Origin: Candidatus Parcubacteria bacterium
GTDB lineage: Bacteria > Patescibacteriota > Microgenomatia > UBA12405
Length of the DNA stretch: 32,000 nucleotides
NCBI GenBank assembly: GCA_023443725.1
Contig: JAEZTF010000010.1
Span: forward strand, 1 to 32,000
Direction: 5' to 3'
A program made the translations under genes and the position numbers. Each line of letters begins with the position of its first letter. Within the stretch, counting starts at the first letter, position 1. The notes beneath the pieces were generated by a model that had not been told where the DNA came from, searched no databases, and was given only the letters and a program-made list of their open reading frames with translations. This document shows positions 17,908-28,113 of this stretch, piece by piece.

Positions 17908-18494
17908 ATTTTATTTTCCTTTCCTTTAATTAGTTTTTTAATATTTTTTTGGTGAGCTATAAAAATAACAAAAGTAAGAATTGTACCTATGACAATACTA
18001 GCAAAAGAATGAAATTTAATCCAGAAAAATATAGGAAATGAAATAGCCATGATTAAATTAGTTAAGCTCATGAGTCGACTAATAACTAAAATTAATAGCC
18101 AAAAAATAAACCAGATTAAAATGAATTTCCAGCCAAAAATGGCAGCTAATAAACCGTAAGTACAACTAACACCCTTACCACCCTTAAATCTTAAAAATAT
18201 AGAAAAAACATGACCGAAAATTGGTAATAAAGATAAAATTAATTTTTCAATTAAACTGACTTGAGGTAGAGAGAAAACAAATAAACAAAAAAAATATGAT
18301 TTTAAAAAATCTAAAACACCAACAATTAAAAAACCTTTGATACCAAATTTGCGAGAAATATTGGTAGCGCCAATATTACCACTACCAAATTGTCGAATAT
18401 CTAGATGATTAATTTTGCCAAAAATATATCCAAAAGGAATGCTACCAATTAAATAACCTAAAAAGAAAAGAACTACAAAATAGATGTTCACCAA
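17904..18494 (-). CDS. plsY: Glycerol-3-phosphate acyltransferase PlsY, canonical
   Basis: GYLIGSIPFGYIFGK, FGSGNIGATNISRKFG, PIFGHVFSIFLRFKGGKGVSC. Confidence 0.9.
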   Translation of the reverse strand: MVNIYFVVLFFLGYLIGSIPFGYIFGKINHLDIRQFGSGNIGATNISRKFGIKGFLIVGVLDFLKSYFFCLFVFSLPQVSLIEKLILSLLPIFGHVFSIFLRFKGGKGVSCTYGLLAAIFGWKFILIWFIFWLLILVISRLMSLTNLIMAISFPIFFWIKFHSFASIVIGTILTFVIFIAHQKNIKKLIKGKENKI

Positions 18495-19193
18495 ATGATT
18501 ATATTCGATAATGAGGTAAAATGGGAAATGGAAGTAAAGATAGAGGAAAGCTGGAAAAAAGTTCTAAAAAAAGAATTTGATGAAAAATATTTTGAAGAAT
18601 TAATTAGTTTTGTAAAGTCGGAGTATCAAAAAACAACTGTTTATCCACCAGCTAAATTTGTTTTTAATGCTTTTAATTTAACTCCATTTGATAAGGTAAA
18701 AGTAGTGATTTTAGGACAAGACCCATATCATGGACCAAATCAGGCCAATGGATTGGCTTTTTCAGTAAATAACAATATTCCAAATCCCCCATCGTTGGTT
18801 AATATTTATAAAGAGATAGAAACTGATTTGGGAATTAAAACTAAAAATATAAATGGTAATTTGGAAAATTGGGCTAAGCAAGGAGTTTTAATGTTAAACG
18901 CAACTTTAACTGTAAGAGCACATATGGCGGGGTCTCATCAAAATAAAGGTTGGGAGAAATTTACTGATACAGTAATAAAAATTTTGTCAGAACAAAAAGA
19001 AAATTTAGTATTTATTTTATGGGGAGCTTATGCTCAAAAAAAAGGCAGTGTAATTGATGAAAATAAACATATGGTGATTAGATCAGCTCATCCATCTCCA
19101 TTGTCAGCTTATAATGGTTTTTTTGGATCAAGGCCATTTTCTCAAACAAATACTTATCTGATTTTTAACGGAAAAGATCCAATTGATTGGTGA
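18495..19193 (+). CDS. ung: Uracil-DNA glycosylase (true start may be ATG at 18528)
   Basis: VVILGQDPYHGPNQANGLAFSV, NLVFILWGAYAQKKG, HPSPLSAYNGFFGSRPFSQTN. Confidence 0.95.
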   Translation: MIIFDNEVKWEMEVKIEESWKKVLKKEFDEKYFEELISFVKSEYQKTTVYPPAKFVFNAFNLTPFDKVKVVILGQDPYHGPNQANGLAFSVNNNIPNPPSLVNIYKEIETDLGIKTKNINGNLENWAKQGVLMLNATLTVRAHMAGSHQNKGWEKFTDTVIKILSEQKENLVFILWGAYAQKKGSVIDENKHMVIRSAHPSPLSAYNGFFGSRPFSQTNTYLIFNGKDPIDW

Positions 19194-19196
19194 TTA

Positions 19197-20279
19197 TTAG
19201 TATTCTTTAGCTGGTTCTTCACCAGTCAAAACACGAATAGTACCATCACGTAGAGCTTCTAATTCTTTTTCTCCCGGAATGACAGTAATGCCAATATTTA
19301 CTTGTTTTAAATATTGTGTAATTCTATCGGTTAAAAGTTTCCATTGAGCTATACCTCCAGTAAGGATTATTTGATCAACATGTTCTCCTTCAAAATCAGG
19401 AATGATATGGCAAATATAACGAGCAAAACCGGTAATCATTTCATCAACAATATCCTTGGTATTTTTATCTAAACTATTGTAGTTTACATTTAAATAATAA
19501 ACATCTTTTGTATTGAGAAGTGAAAATAATCCACCACCACCAAGAATTTTATGTAAAATTTCTTCTTTGGTAAATTTATTTGAAAAACATAATTCAACCA
19601 ATTGTTGTGAAGGTAGATAACCAGACCTTTCTGGTGTAAATGGACCCTCGCCAGGAATAGCATTAATGACATTAATGGTCTTTCCTTTTTTATGGGCACC
19701 AAAAGAAGAACCACCACCAAAATGAGCCACGATAAGATTCAAATCTTCATATTTTTTGCCAATAGATTTGGCATATTCTCTAGCAATGGCTTTTTGATTG
19801 AGGGCATGCCAACCAGCGTATCTTTTGATTTCTGCAATACCAGTGACTTTTTTCTTGGGTTCGATTTCATCAGTAGTGACAGGATCAACTATATAAGCTT
19901 TATCGGTAATATTAAATTTTTGAGCAACTTTTAGAGCTAGTGGTGCTCCTAAATTAGAAGCATGATTGGCTTGTGGACGATTTTTTAGATCATCAAGCAT
20001 TTTATTGTTTATTTGATAAGTTCCTGATGGAATTGGTGGTAACATACCTCCACGACCAACTACGGCGTCAAGACGATCAATATGATTTTGTTGTAATAAA
20101 TCTTCAATGGCTTGATATCGATCTTCAATTTGGTCTAGAACACTTCCAGGGCGACTAAATTTTTTTTGAAATTCTTGATCTTGAGCGTGATCGATTTTTG
20201 TTTCAAAAATGGTTTCTTGATTGTCGTAAATAGCTAATTTAGTAGTGGTTGAACCAGGGTTAATGACAAGTATTTTCAT
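19197..20279 (-). CDS. buk: Butyrate kinase-like acetokinase-family protein
   Basis: ILVINPGSTTTKLAIYDN, VVGRGGMLPPIPSGTY, NAIPGEGPFTPERSG, IILTGGIA, VIPGEKELEALRDGTIRVL. Confidence 0.88.
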   Translation of the reverse strand: MKILVINPGSTTTKLAIYDNQETIFETKIDHAQDQEFQKKFSRPGSVLDQIEDRYQAIEDLLQQNHIDRLDAVVGRGGMLPPIPSGTYQINNKMLDDLKNRPQANHASNLGAPLALKVAQKFNITDKAYIVDPVTTDEIEPKKKVTGIAEIKRYAGWHALNQKAIAREYAKSIGKKYEDLNLIVAHFGGGSSFGAHKKGKTINVINAIPGEGPFTPERSGYLPSQQLVELCFSNKFTKEEILHKILGGGGLFSLLNTKDVYYLNVNYNSLDKNTKDIVDEMITGFARYICHIIPDFEGEHVDQIILTGGIAQWKLLTDRITQYLKQVNIGITVIPGEKELEALRDGTIRVLTGEEPAKEY

Positions 20280-20886
20280 ATCTTATGATTATAATACCTA
20301 AAACAATAAAAATTAAACTTAAAAATTGGGCAAAAGTAATAATGGAAAATGAAATTGTATCAGTACGAATAAATTCGAATATAAATCTAATAGCTCCATA
20401 ATAAATTAAATAAATTGCTGTTTGGTGATGTTTTAGTTTTTTTATAAAAAAGAAAAATAAAAAAAGTAGAATTGATTCATATAACCAAATAGGTTGACCA
20501 TTGGATCCATAAATTTCGTGATTAAAAAAATTTCCCCATCGACCAATACTTTGACACAAAGGAATTATAGGAACTATAAGATTAGTAATACTTAAAAATT
20601 TGATTTTGTTTTTTTGGGAAAAAATATAAACAAAAATAATTCCGGCTATAAGTCCACCAAAGATTCCAAGTCCTCCACCACGTAGATTTAGAATTTGAAT
20701 TGGATTTTGATAAAAATAATCCCAAGCAGCGATAACTCCATAGACTCTAGCTCCGACAATAGCAGAAATAATGATTCCTAAAATAAAATAATCTTCTTTG
20801 TTTTTTGGGATTACAGAATTCTTTTTTTGAAAATAAGTTATACCAATTACCAGTGCAATGCCAATAATTAAACCGTAAAGAGACAT
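20260..20886 (-). CDS. lgt: Prolipoprotein diacylglyceryl transferase
   Basis: GARVYGVI, RGGGLGIFGGLIAG, QSIGRWGNFFNHEIYG, GAIRFIFEFIRTD. Confidence 0.9.
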   Translation of the reverse strand: MSLYGLIIGIALVIGITYFQKKNSVIPKNKEDYFILGIIISAIVGARVYGVIAAWDYFYQNPIQILNLRGGGLGIFGGLIAGIIFVYIFSQKNKIKFLSITNLIVPIIPLCQSIGRWGNFFNHEIYGSNGQPIWLYESILLFLFFFFIKKLKHHQTAIYLIYYGAIRFIFEFIRTDTISFSIITFAQFLSLIFIVLGIIIIRYENTCH

Positions 20887-20890
20887 AAAT

Positions 20891-21568
20891 TTATTTTTTT
20901 AATGGTTTTGCTGATAAACCAGAATTAATTAATCTTTGATAAGCTTTTTCAACTTTTTTATAAATTGGTTGTTTTGTCATCCAACCATATTGTGGATAAG
21001 TTTTTGTACGTTCATAATCACCTAACATAAGTTCTATCATCTTATTATTTTTACCGTCTATTTTTTGATTTAGTTTATAAAAATCAAATATGTTAGTTTC
21101 AATACTAGTGGAAAATAGATTTGGTTGTGGTTTAGGCCAATAAGCTTGTGCGGTTGCTAAAAAACGCCTAGTCATATATGGTTTATGAACTAAAATGACG
21201 TTTTTGGGTTGAATATTATGCTTTTTTAAAATGATAACTGAATTAGTGATATTTTCCGCAGTGTTTGTAGCTTTTGGCTCTAATATAATAGCAGTTTTTG
21301 GTACGCCATTTCGAATGGCGACTTTTGATAGAATTTCTGCCTCTGGTTGTTTACCGTGAAGATATGGATTGGCAAAACCAGAAAAAATAATCAGAGGTGC
21401 TATTTTCTTTTTATATAATTCAGATGCTCTAATAGCAGCGTCGATCAAGTTCCCTTCTCCGCCGACAATGATAACATCAGCTTTTTTTGGTAGTTTAACT
21501 TTCAAATTGAGATAATCCCAAATAATTTCTAAATCTTTCCAGTTTTGTTGAGAAACACTTGATTCCAT
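20891..21568 (-). CDS. YdcF/DUF218-family protein
   Basis: VIIVGGEGNLIDAAIRASELY, ILEPKATNTAENITNSVIIL, ILVHKPYMTRRFL. Confidence 0.85.
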   Translation of the reverse strand: MESSVSQQNWKDLEIIWDYLNLKVKLPKKADVIIVGGEGNLIDAAIRASELYKKKIAPLIIFSGFANPYLHGKQPEAEILSKVAIRNGVPKTAIILEPKATNTAENITNSVIILKKHNIQPKNVILVHKPYMTRRFLATAQAYWPKPQPNLFSTSIETNIFDFYKLNQKIDGKNNKMIELMLGDYERTKTYPQYGWMTKQPIYKKVEKAYQRLINSGLSAKPLKK

Positions 21569-21629
21569 ATAACTATATTATCATTCAAAGAATGGCCAAG
21601 AGAATAAACACCAATAGAAATAAAAAATG

Positions 21630-21702
21630 TGGGTCCTGCGGGACTCGAACCCGCGACCAATTGCTTAAAAGGCAACTGCTCTACCGACTGAGCTAAAGAC
21701 CC
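21630..21702 (-). tRNA. tRNA-Lys(TTT)
   Basis: Minus strand GGGTCTTTAGCTCAGTCGGTAGAGCAGTTGCCTTTTAAGCAATTGGTCGCGGGTTCGAGTCCCGCAGGACCCA folds as a cloverleaf; loop CTTTTAA; no encoded CCA. Confidence 0.93.
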
Positions 21703-21720
21703 AGATTGTAAAATTTCTAA

Positions 21721-22032
21721 TTAAATCTTTCTAGCTTTTGAATCGCGAAGATAGTAAAGCTTAGCTCTTCTAATTTTGGTTTTAGGAGATCGTAATTTTT
21801 TTATACTATCAATCCAAGGGGAATTGATTGGAAAAATTCTTTCAACTTTAACATCACCAGAAGCTGCTTTTTGAACGATGAAATTTTTATTATCTTCAAG
21901 ACCTTGAATAGCTAAAATAATGCCATCGAAAGCTTGAATTCTTTCTTTATCTTTTTCTTTAATTTTATAGTTGACCTTAACAGTATCTCCGACTGAGAAG
22001 ACTTGGTCTTGATATTTAAATTGGATTGCCAT
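21721..22032 (-). CDS. rplS: 50S ribosomal protein L19
   Basis: FSVGDTVKVNYKIKEKDKERIQAFDGIILA, VERIFPINSPWIDSI, RRAKLYYLRD. Confidence 0.95.
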   Translation of the reverse strand: MAIQFKYQDQVFSVGDTVKVNYKIKEKDKERIQAFDGIILAIQGLEDNKNFIVQKAASGDVKVERIFPINSPWIDSIKKLRSPKTKIRRAKLYYLRDSKARKI

Positions 22033-22082
22033 ATTTTTTGATTTGAAATTATATCAAAATTAAACTCTGGTAGTTTATCAAG

Positions 22083-25000
22083 CTAAGGTTTTTTTAGCAA
22101 GAGTTTGTCTATTTGATCTTTTAATTCTTGGTTATAGTTTACACCGTAATTGAGAGGAATATTTTTACCATTTGGTAGGATAATAAGTCCTCTATGCCCA
22201 TTTGGATTATCTTTAAGGAGTTTATTTAACTGCATTAATTGACCTTGGCTGGTTTTATCAGGAATTTTAATCACAAAATCATATTTACTGGTGCTTTGAG
22301 GAATTTTGTCTGTTATAGTATCAACCAAAATAGATATTTCTCCTTCTCGGAGATTTATTTTCCCCTCGATATAAAAAGGTTTATTTTCAGCTAAGATTGA
22401 CTCAACGTCATTAAAAATTTTAGGGAAAATAACAGATTCTATTTCTCCAGTACTATCGGAAAGAGTGGCAAAAGCCATTTTTGAGTTATTTTTTTTGGTT
22501 CGGATAACTCTAAATTTGGTAATAACAGCGGCTAATTTGACATTACTGTTTGGTGTTTGACGAGAAACCTCTTCAATATTGGGTAGTCCTAAATCCTCAA
22601 AAGATTGAAGTATTTTGACTAATGGATTTTCTGTAACGAAAACGCCTAAAAGTTCTTTTTCTAAATGGAGTCGTTGATTTTCGTCCATTGGTTCGGTTTT
22701 AATAAAATCATCTGGTGGAGCTACAATTTTTGTATCATTATCTTCAGTTGGTTTATCAAAAAGACTGAATTGTCCATTGTTTTTTTTGGTATTTAGTTTT
22801 TCACAATCAGTTCTAATTTTATCAATTGAAGCTAAAATAGAATTTCTTTCTCCAAATTGATCCATAGCCCCAACTTTAATAAGACTTTCTAAGACTCTTT
22901 TATTAATTTTTTGGGTGTCAACTCGAAGACAAAAATCAGTAAAGCTAACAAATGGTCCATTTTCTTTACGTTCATTAATGATGTTTTCAATAGCAGCAGC
23001 ACCGACATTTTTGATAGCGCTAAGACCAAAGCGAATAGCATAACCTTCTAATGATTTTGAATTTTCTTCTATTTCAAATCCACTAAATGATTGATTGATG
23101 TCAGGTGGAGCTACAATTATGCCCATTTTACGACAACCTTCAACACCATCGGTTACTTTTTCGCTATCTCCAGATTCGGCAGTTAATAAGGCACACATAT
23201 ATTCAACTGGATAATTGGCTTTCATATAAGCTGTTCGATAAGCCAACATTCCATATGAAGCTGCATGAGCTTTGTTGAAACCATAACTAGTAAATGGTTC
23301 GATTAATTTAAAAACATTTTCGGCTTGTTCTTTGGTGTATCCATTATTAATACAACCATCGATAAATTTTATTTTTTGAGCAGCCATTTCTTCTGGAATT
23401 TTTTTACCAATAGCTTTTCTAAATTTATCAACTTCAGTCCAAGTGTAACCAGCAAGTTCGATAGCAGTATATAAACAGTCATCTTGATAAACTAAAAGAC
23501 CATAAGAACTTTTTAAAAATTTTTCCATTTTTGGATCAAAAAATTCAATTTTTGAAGGGTCACTTTTGCGAGCAATATATTCTGGAATGATAGCCATTGG
23601 ACCAGGTCGATACAAAGCCACCATAGCCATTAAATCTTCAACACGATTTGGCTTTAGTTCTTTAAGCCATTTGGTCATACCATCGCCTGATAATTGAAAA
23701 ACTCCCATAGTGTCCCCTTTTGAAAGCATGTCAAAAGTTTTTTTATCATCGAGAGGAATTTTTCGAAGATTAATATCAATATTTTTAATACGACGAACAT
23801 TTAAAACCGACTCTCCTAAAAATGACAAATTTCTAATTCCTAAAATATCGAATTTAATTAAACCAACATCTTCGGCGGCATGCATTTCATATTGAGTAAT
23901 TGTTTTATCACCACCAGTTTCTAATTGAGTAGGTGAAAATTCGTTTATAGTAGTTGGAGAAATAACGATAGCACAGGCATGAACACTAATATGGCGGGCA
24001 CAGCTTTCAATTTGTTTGGCTGTATCAATAATTCTTTTAGAGTCTGGATCAGAAGCATATAAAGCACTGAGTTCGGGGACAGTACTTAAAGCTTTATCAA
24101 TAGACATAGGAAACCCTTGAGATCCCATAGGAATAAGTTTGCTTATTTTGTCTCCAATTGCATATTCATAGCCTAAAACTCTAGCAGTATCACGAACAGC
24201 ACCTTTAGCCATCATTCTTCCAAAAGTACATATTTGAGCCACAGCGTCTTTGCCGTATTGGTCAATAATGTGATAAAGCATATCTTGTCTTTTGGTATCA
24301 GAAATATCTAAATCGATATCAGGAGGAGATGGACGATCTTTGTTTAAAAATCTTTCAAAAGGTAGTTGATAAATTAATGGATCAACAGAGGTAATACCTA
24401 AAACAAAAGCAACTAAACAACCTGCTGCAGAACCTCTCGTATTAGTCGGCGTGTCATTCTTTTCTGTCCATTGGATAAAATCTCGCATGATTAAAAAATA
24501 GGCCGCGTAACCTTTTGAACAAATGACATCAAGTTCATATTCCAATCGGTCTTTTATTTCTGAACTAATTTCCCCATAGTGTAATTTTGATTCCTCGTAA
24601 ACTAAATCTTTTAAAGTTTCCTCGGCTGTTTTTCCTTCAGGAAGTTTGAATTTAGGAAAATACCAATTACCTAATTCAATTTCTAAGTCACATTTATCAG
24701 CAATTTTTTGAGTATTTTCTATGGCATCTGGTAAATCAGCAAAGGCATCAATCATTTCTTGTGGAGATTTTATATAAAAATCATCACCAGCCTCCATCAT
24801 ACTTAATCTTTTGGTGTCATTAATAGTTGATTGAGTATTAATCATCAATAAAACGTCTTGTGCAAAAGCATCTTCTTTTTTAAGATAATGAGCGTCGTTG
24901 GTAGCTACTAAAGGAATTCCCAATTCACGGCTAATTTTGACTAACCCTTTGTTGGCAATTTCTTGAACATCAAGTTTTGGATGACGCATAACTTCCAAAT

Positions 25001-25505
25001 AGTAGTCTTCCCCAAATAAATCTTGAAATTCTTTGGCTCTAGATTTGGCTTTTTCATATTCACCGTCAATAACTAATTGGGCAATCTCTCCCTCGACACA
25101 AGCACTGTTACAAATTAAACCTTCGTGATATTTAACTAAAGTTTCCCAATCAATACGTGGTTTATAATAATAACCTTCAATATTAGCAATACTAACTAAA
25201 GTCATTAAGTTTTTATACCCTTGAGTATTTTTGGCAAGCAAGATTAAATGATTACTACGACGATTGTTGGGAGATTTGTCTAAACGGTTTGAAGTGGTAT
25301 ATATTTCACAACCAATAATTGGTTTTATTTCTGCTTTTTTACAAGCTTTGTAAAATTCAATTGCTCCATACATATTGCCATGATCAGTGATGGCAATAGA
25401 ATTCATCCCCATTTCTTTAACAGTATTAACTAAATTTTTTATTTTAGTTAATCCGTCTAATAAAGAATATTCTGTGTGAACATGAAGATGAACAAAATTA
25501 GACAT
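22083..25505 (-). CDS. dnaE: DNA polymerase III alpha subunit
   Basis: [15 protein letters not shown] (PHP), [68 protein letters not shown], C-terminal OB-fold. Confidence 0.97.
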   Translation of the reverse strand: [1140 protein letters not shown]

Positions 25506-25521
25506 AGATAGATTTTATCAG

Positions 25522-26406
25522 TTAAAGCATCTGTTCTAGAGCTTTAATTCTGTCTTCAATTGGGGGGTGAGTTGAAAACATAGAGGCAATTTTATTGCCT
25601 TTAAATGGATTAGTAATATAAAGAGAAGCGGTAGCAGTGGAAGCGGTTTCTAATTTTTGATTATCTGAAGATAATTTTTTTAAAGCATTAATTAAACTTT
25701 GTGGTTGTCTGGTAAGTTTTACGGCTGAAGCATCAGCAAAATACTCACGACGACGAGAAATAGCTAATTGAATAAGTTGGGCGATTATAGGGGCAAAAAT
25801 AACTAAAATAAAACCAATTATAGCTAATACACCGCCATTATTGTCATCATTATCACGACTATCTCTAAAAAAACTACTACGGTAAGCCATATTAATCAAA
25901 ATTGATAAAGTGCCGATTAAGACACTAACAATAGTCATTAGACGAATATCATAATTTTTGATGTGAGAAAGTTCATGAGCTATGACTGCTTCTAACTCGC
26001 TGCGGTTTAGTTTTTCTAAAAGTCCAGTGGTAGCACAAACTACAGCGTGGTCTGGATCTCTGCCAGTAGCAAAAGCATTCATGGCTGGACTATCGATGAC
26101 AAAAATTTTTGGAGTTGGAGTTTGATTTACTAAACTTAAGTTTTCAGTAACGGTATAAAAATTAAAAAATTCTTTTCTAGTGGCTGGTCTGGCTTGATTT
26201 AATGTAAGAACAATTTTATCTCCCCAAAAATAGCTACTAAATGAAGAGACTAAAGAAAAAATAACAGCAATGATTAATAATGATGAGTCGAGATTTAGAG
26301 AATAAGAAATTAAATAAACAGTAATACTAATAAATAGAATAAACAAAGAGATAATAATCCCTGATCTGATTTTGTTATTATTTATTTGTTCGTAGACATT
26401 GACCAT
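25522..26406 (-). CDS. htpX: HtpX-like M48 zinc metalloprotease
   Basis: PTPKIFVIDSPAMNAFATGRDP, LEAVIAHELSHIKNYD (HExxH), FSTHPPIEDRIKAL. Confidence 0.93.
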   Translation of the reverse strand: MVNVYEQINNNKIRSGIIISLFILFISITVYLISYSLNLDSSLLIIAVIFSLVSSFSSYFWGDKIVLTLNQARPATRKEFFNFYTVTENLSLVNQTPTPKIFVIDSPAMNAFATGRDPDHAVVCATTGLLEKLNRSELEAVIAHELSHIKNYDIRLMTIVSVLIGTLSILINMAYRSSFFRDSRDNDDNNGGVLAIIGFILVIFAPIIAQLIQLAISRRREYFADASAVKLTRQPQSLINALKKLSSDNQKLETASTATASLYITNPFKGNKIASMFSTHPPIEDRIKALEQML

Positions 26407-26407
26407 T

Positions 26408-26986
26408 TTATAGAGTTACTTTTGGATTTTTCATTTCCTCATCTGTAACTTTGATTTGATCGGAATTGGTGGCAGTTTCTAAACCTTTTTCAGGTTTAAA
26501 ACCGAGAACAGAAGCAATCCAAACACCAGGAATAGTAACAATTGAACTATTATAGTCAGCGCTTAGATCAATTAAAGTTCGTCTGGCATACATAAGTTTG
26601 TCGGCAGTATCACGAAGTTCATCCATAAGATTGTTGACCAATCCAGAAGTTTGAATTTCTGGATTACTTTCCATAATCACTTTAAGTGAACTAATACCCT
26701 TGTTAATTAATTCTTGAGCTTTATCGATTTTTTTATTGTCTTGACTAGTAATGGCTTCATCGACACTTTTTCGAGCATTGGTAAGATCTTCAAAAATTCC
26801 TTTCTCATGTTTCATATATCCTTTAACGGAATCAACTAGATTAGGGATAAGATTGGCTTGTCGTTTGAGTTGGTTACCAATTTCTTGAACAGATGCTCCA
26901 ATTTGAACTTGAAGACGTTTGAGTTTGTTGTAAAAAGATAAAACAAATAAAGCTAAAATAATTATGAGTGCAAGAATATATATCAT
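26408..26986 (-). CDS. lemA: LemA-family protein
   Basis: FVLSFYNKLKRLQVQIGASVQEIGNQLKRQANLIPNLVDSVKGYMKHE, ADKLMYARRTLIDLSADYNS. Confidence 0.9.
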   Translation of the reverse strand: MIYILALIIILALFVLSFYNKLKRLQVQIGASVQEIGNQLKRQANLIPNLVDSVKGYMKHEKGIFEDLTNARKSVDEAITSQDNKKIDKAQELINKGISSLKVIMESNPEIQTSGLVNNLMDELRDTADKLMYARRTLIDLSADYNSSIVTIPGVWIASVLGFKPEKGLETATNSDQIKVTDEEMKNPKVTL

Positions 26987-26995
26987 TTAAATAAA

Positions 26996-28042
26996 TTAAA
27001 CTTTAACTTTTTCATTATAGCATTTTTGAGCGGTTTCAATTTCTTTTTCGCCGGTTCTAGATTGTGGTTCTATAAATCTAAGTTTAAGAAAATTATAAAG
27101 CTTTTCTTCAGTATCAAAAGTATTAGTTTTACCTGTTTTAAGGTCTTTTATGCCATATTCTGAAATAGATAAACCCAAAGACAAAGCATATTTTCGAAGT
27201 AAAATATTGTGTTGTCTTGAGCCAGTAAAATGTTGAACTAAAGAAGCAAAGTTTTTACTTGGCTGAACCATGATATCAACTCTAATATCGGGATAAATTT
27301 TTATAGAAGCTTTTTTGGTGCCGATATCTAAAGTTTGGATATTATCGGGATAAGATATAAAGTGCTCTAAAATTGGTCTAGAATCATTTGATTTGGCAGC
27401 TATATCAATATCACCAACAGTTGAACTTTGGCGACGAAGACTACCTAAAGCGACAAACTCAATTTGAGGAAATTTTTGTTTTAAAAAAACAATAATTTTA
27501 TCGGCTATCATTTTAGCTTCACTGTATTTCATCCGACGAGATTGACCTAAAAAAGCCAAACTGTTTTCTAAAATAACTTTTTCTGATTTTTCTCCAAAAT
27601 GAGGCCAATTTCTAATTTTCTGATTTTGAGCATATTCAATTAACTGGTTGACAGAAACTAAGGGATTTTTAGAAAATTTTAATTTTTTAGTCAGGGTGTA
27701 GGCAATTTTTGGTCCGATACTATTTATTTTAGTAAAAGTAAAAACGGCAGGATGAATGTTTTTAAAAGCTTTAATAATATCGGGATGTAATTTATTTTTT
27801 TCGAGTAAGTAAGATATTTTTTTAAAAATATTTGGGCCGATACCAGGGATATTATCAACTAAACTAGGATCTTTTTGGTAAAGTTTTTGGATAGACTTTG
27901 GATAACTAATGATAGTTTCTGCAGCGTCTTGATAAGATTTGATTCGAAAATAATCTTTACCTTTGATTTCGTAGGCGGTGGCAATATTTTGAAGAATTTC
28001 AGCTATATCAGAATTGGAATAGATTTTAGATCTATTAATCAC
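26996..28042 (-). CDS. Family X DNA polymerase (PolX/Pol beta-like) without a C-terminal PHP domain
   Basis: N-terminal HhH region (NIPGIGPNIFKKI), ALGSLRRQSSTVGDIDIAA catalytic motif, VDIMV and HFTGSRQHNILLR; ends at 348 aa. Confidence 0.87.
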   Translation of the reverse strand: MINRSKIYSNSDIAEILQNIATAYEIKGKDYFRIKSYQDAAETIISYPKSIQKLYQKDPSLVDNIPGIGPNIFKKISYLLEKNKLHPDIIKAFKNIHPAVFTFTKINSIGPKIAYTLTKKLKFSKNPLVSVNQLIEYAQNQKIRNWPHFGEKSEKVILENSLAFLGQSRRMKYSEAKMIADKIIVFLKQKFPQIEFVALGSLRRQSSTVGDIDIAAKSNDSRPILEHFISYPDNIQTLDIGTKKASIKIYPDIRVDIMVQPSKNFASLVQHFTGSRQHNILLRKYALSLGLSISEYGIKDLKTGKTNTFDTEEKLYNFLKLRFIEPQSRTGEKEIETAQKCYNEKVKV

Positions 28043-28113
28043 ACTTATTATTATAAATCATTGTTTTGAATTAAAAGTTTTGATATAGTATCTATACTTT
28101 AAGACCGACTTAA

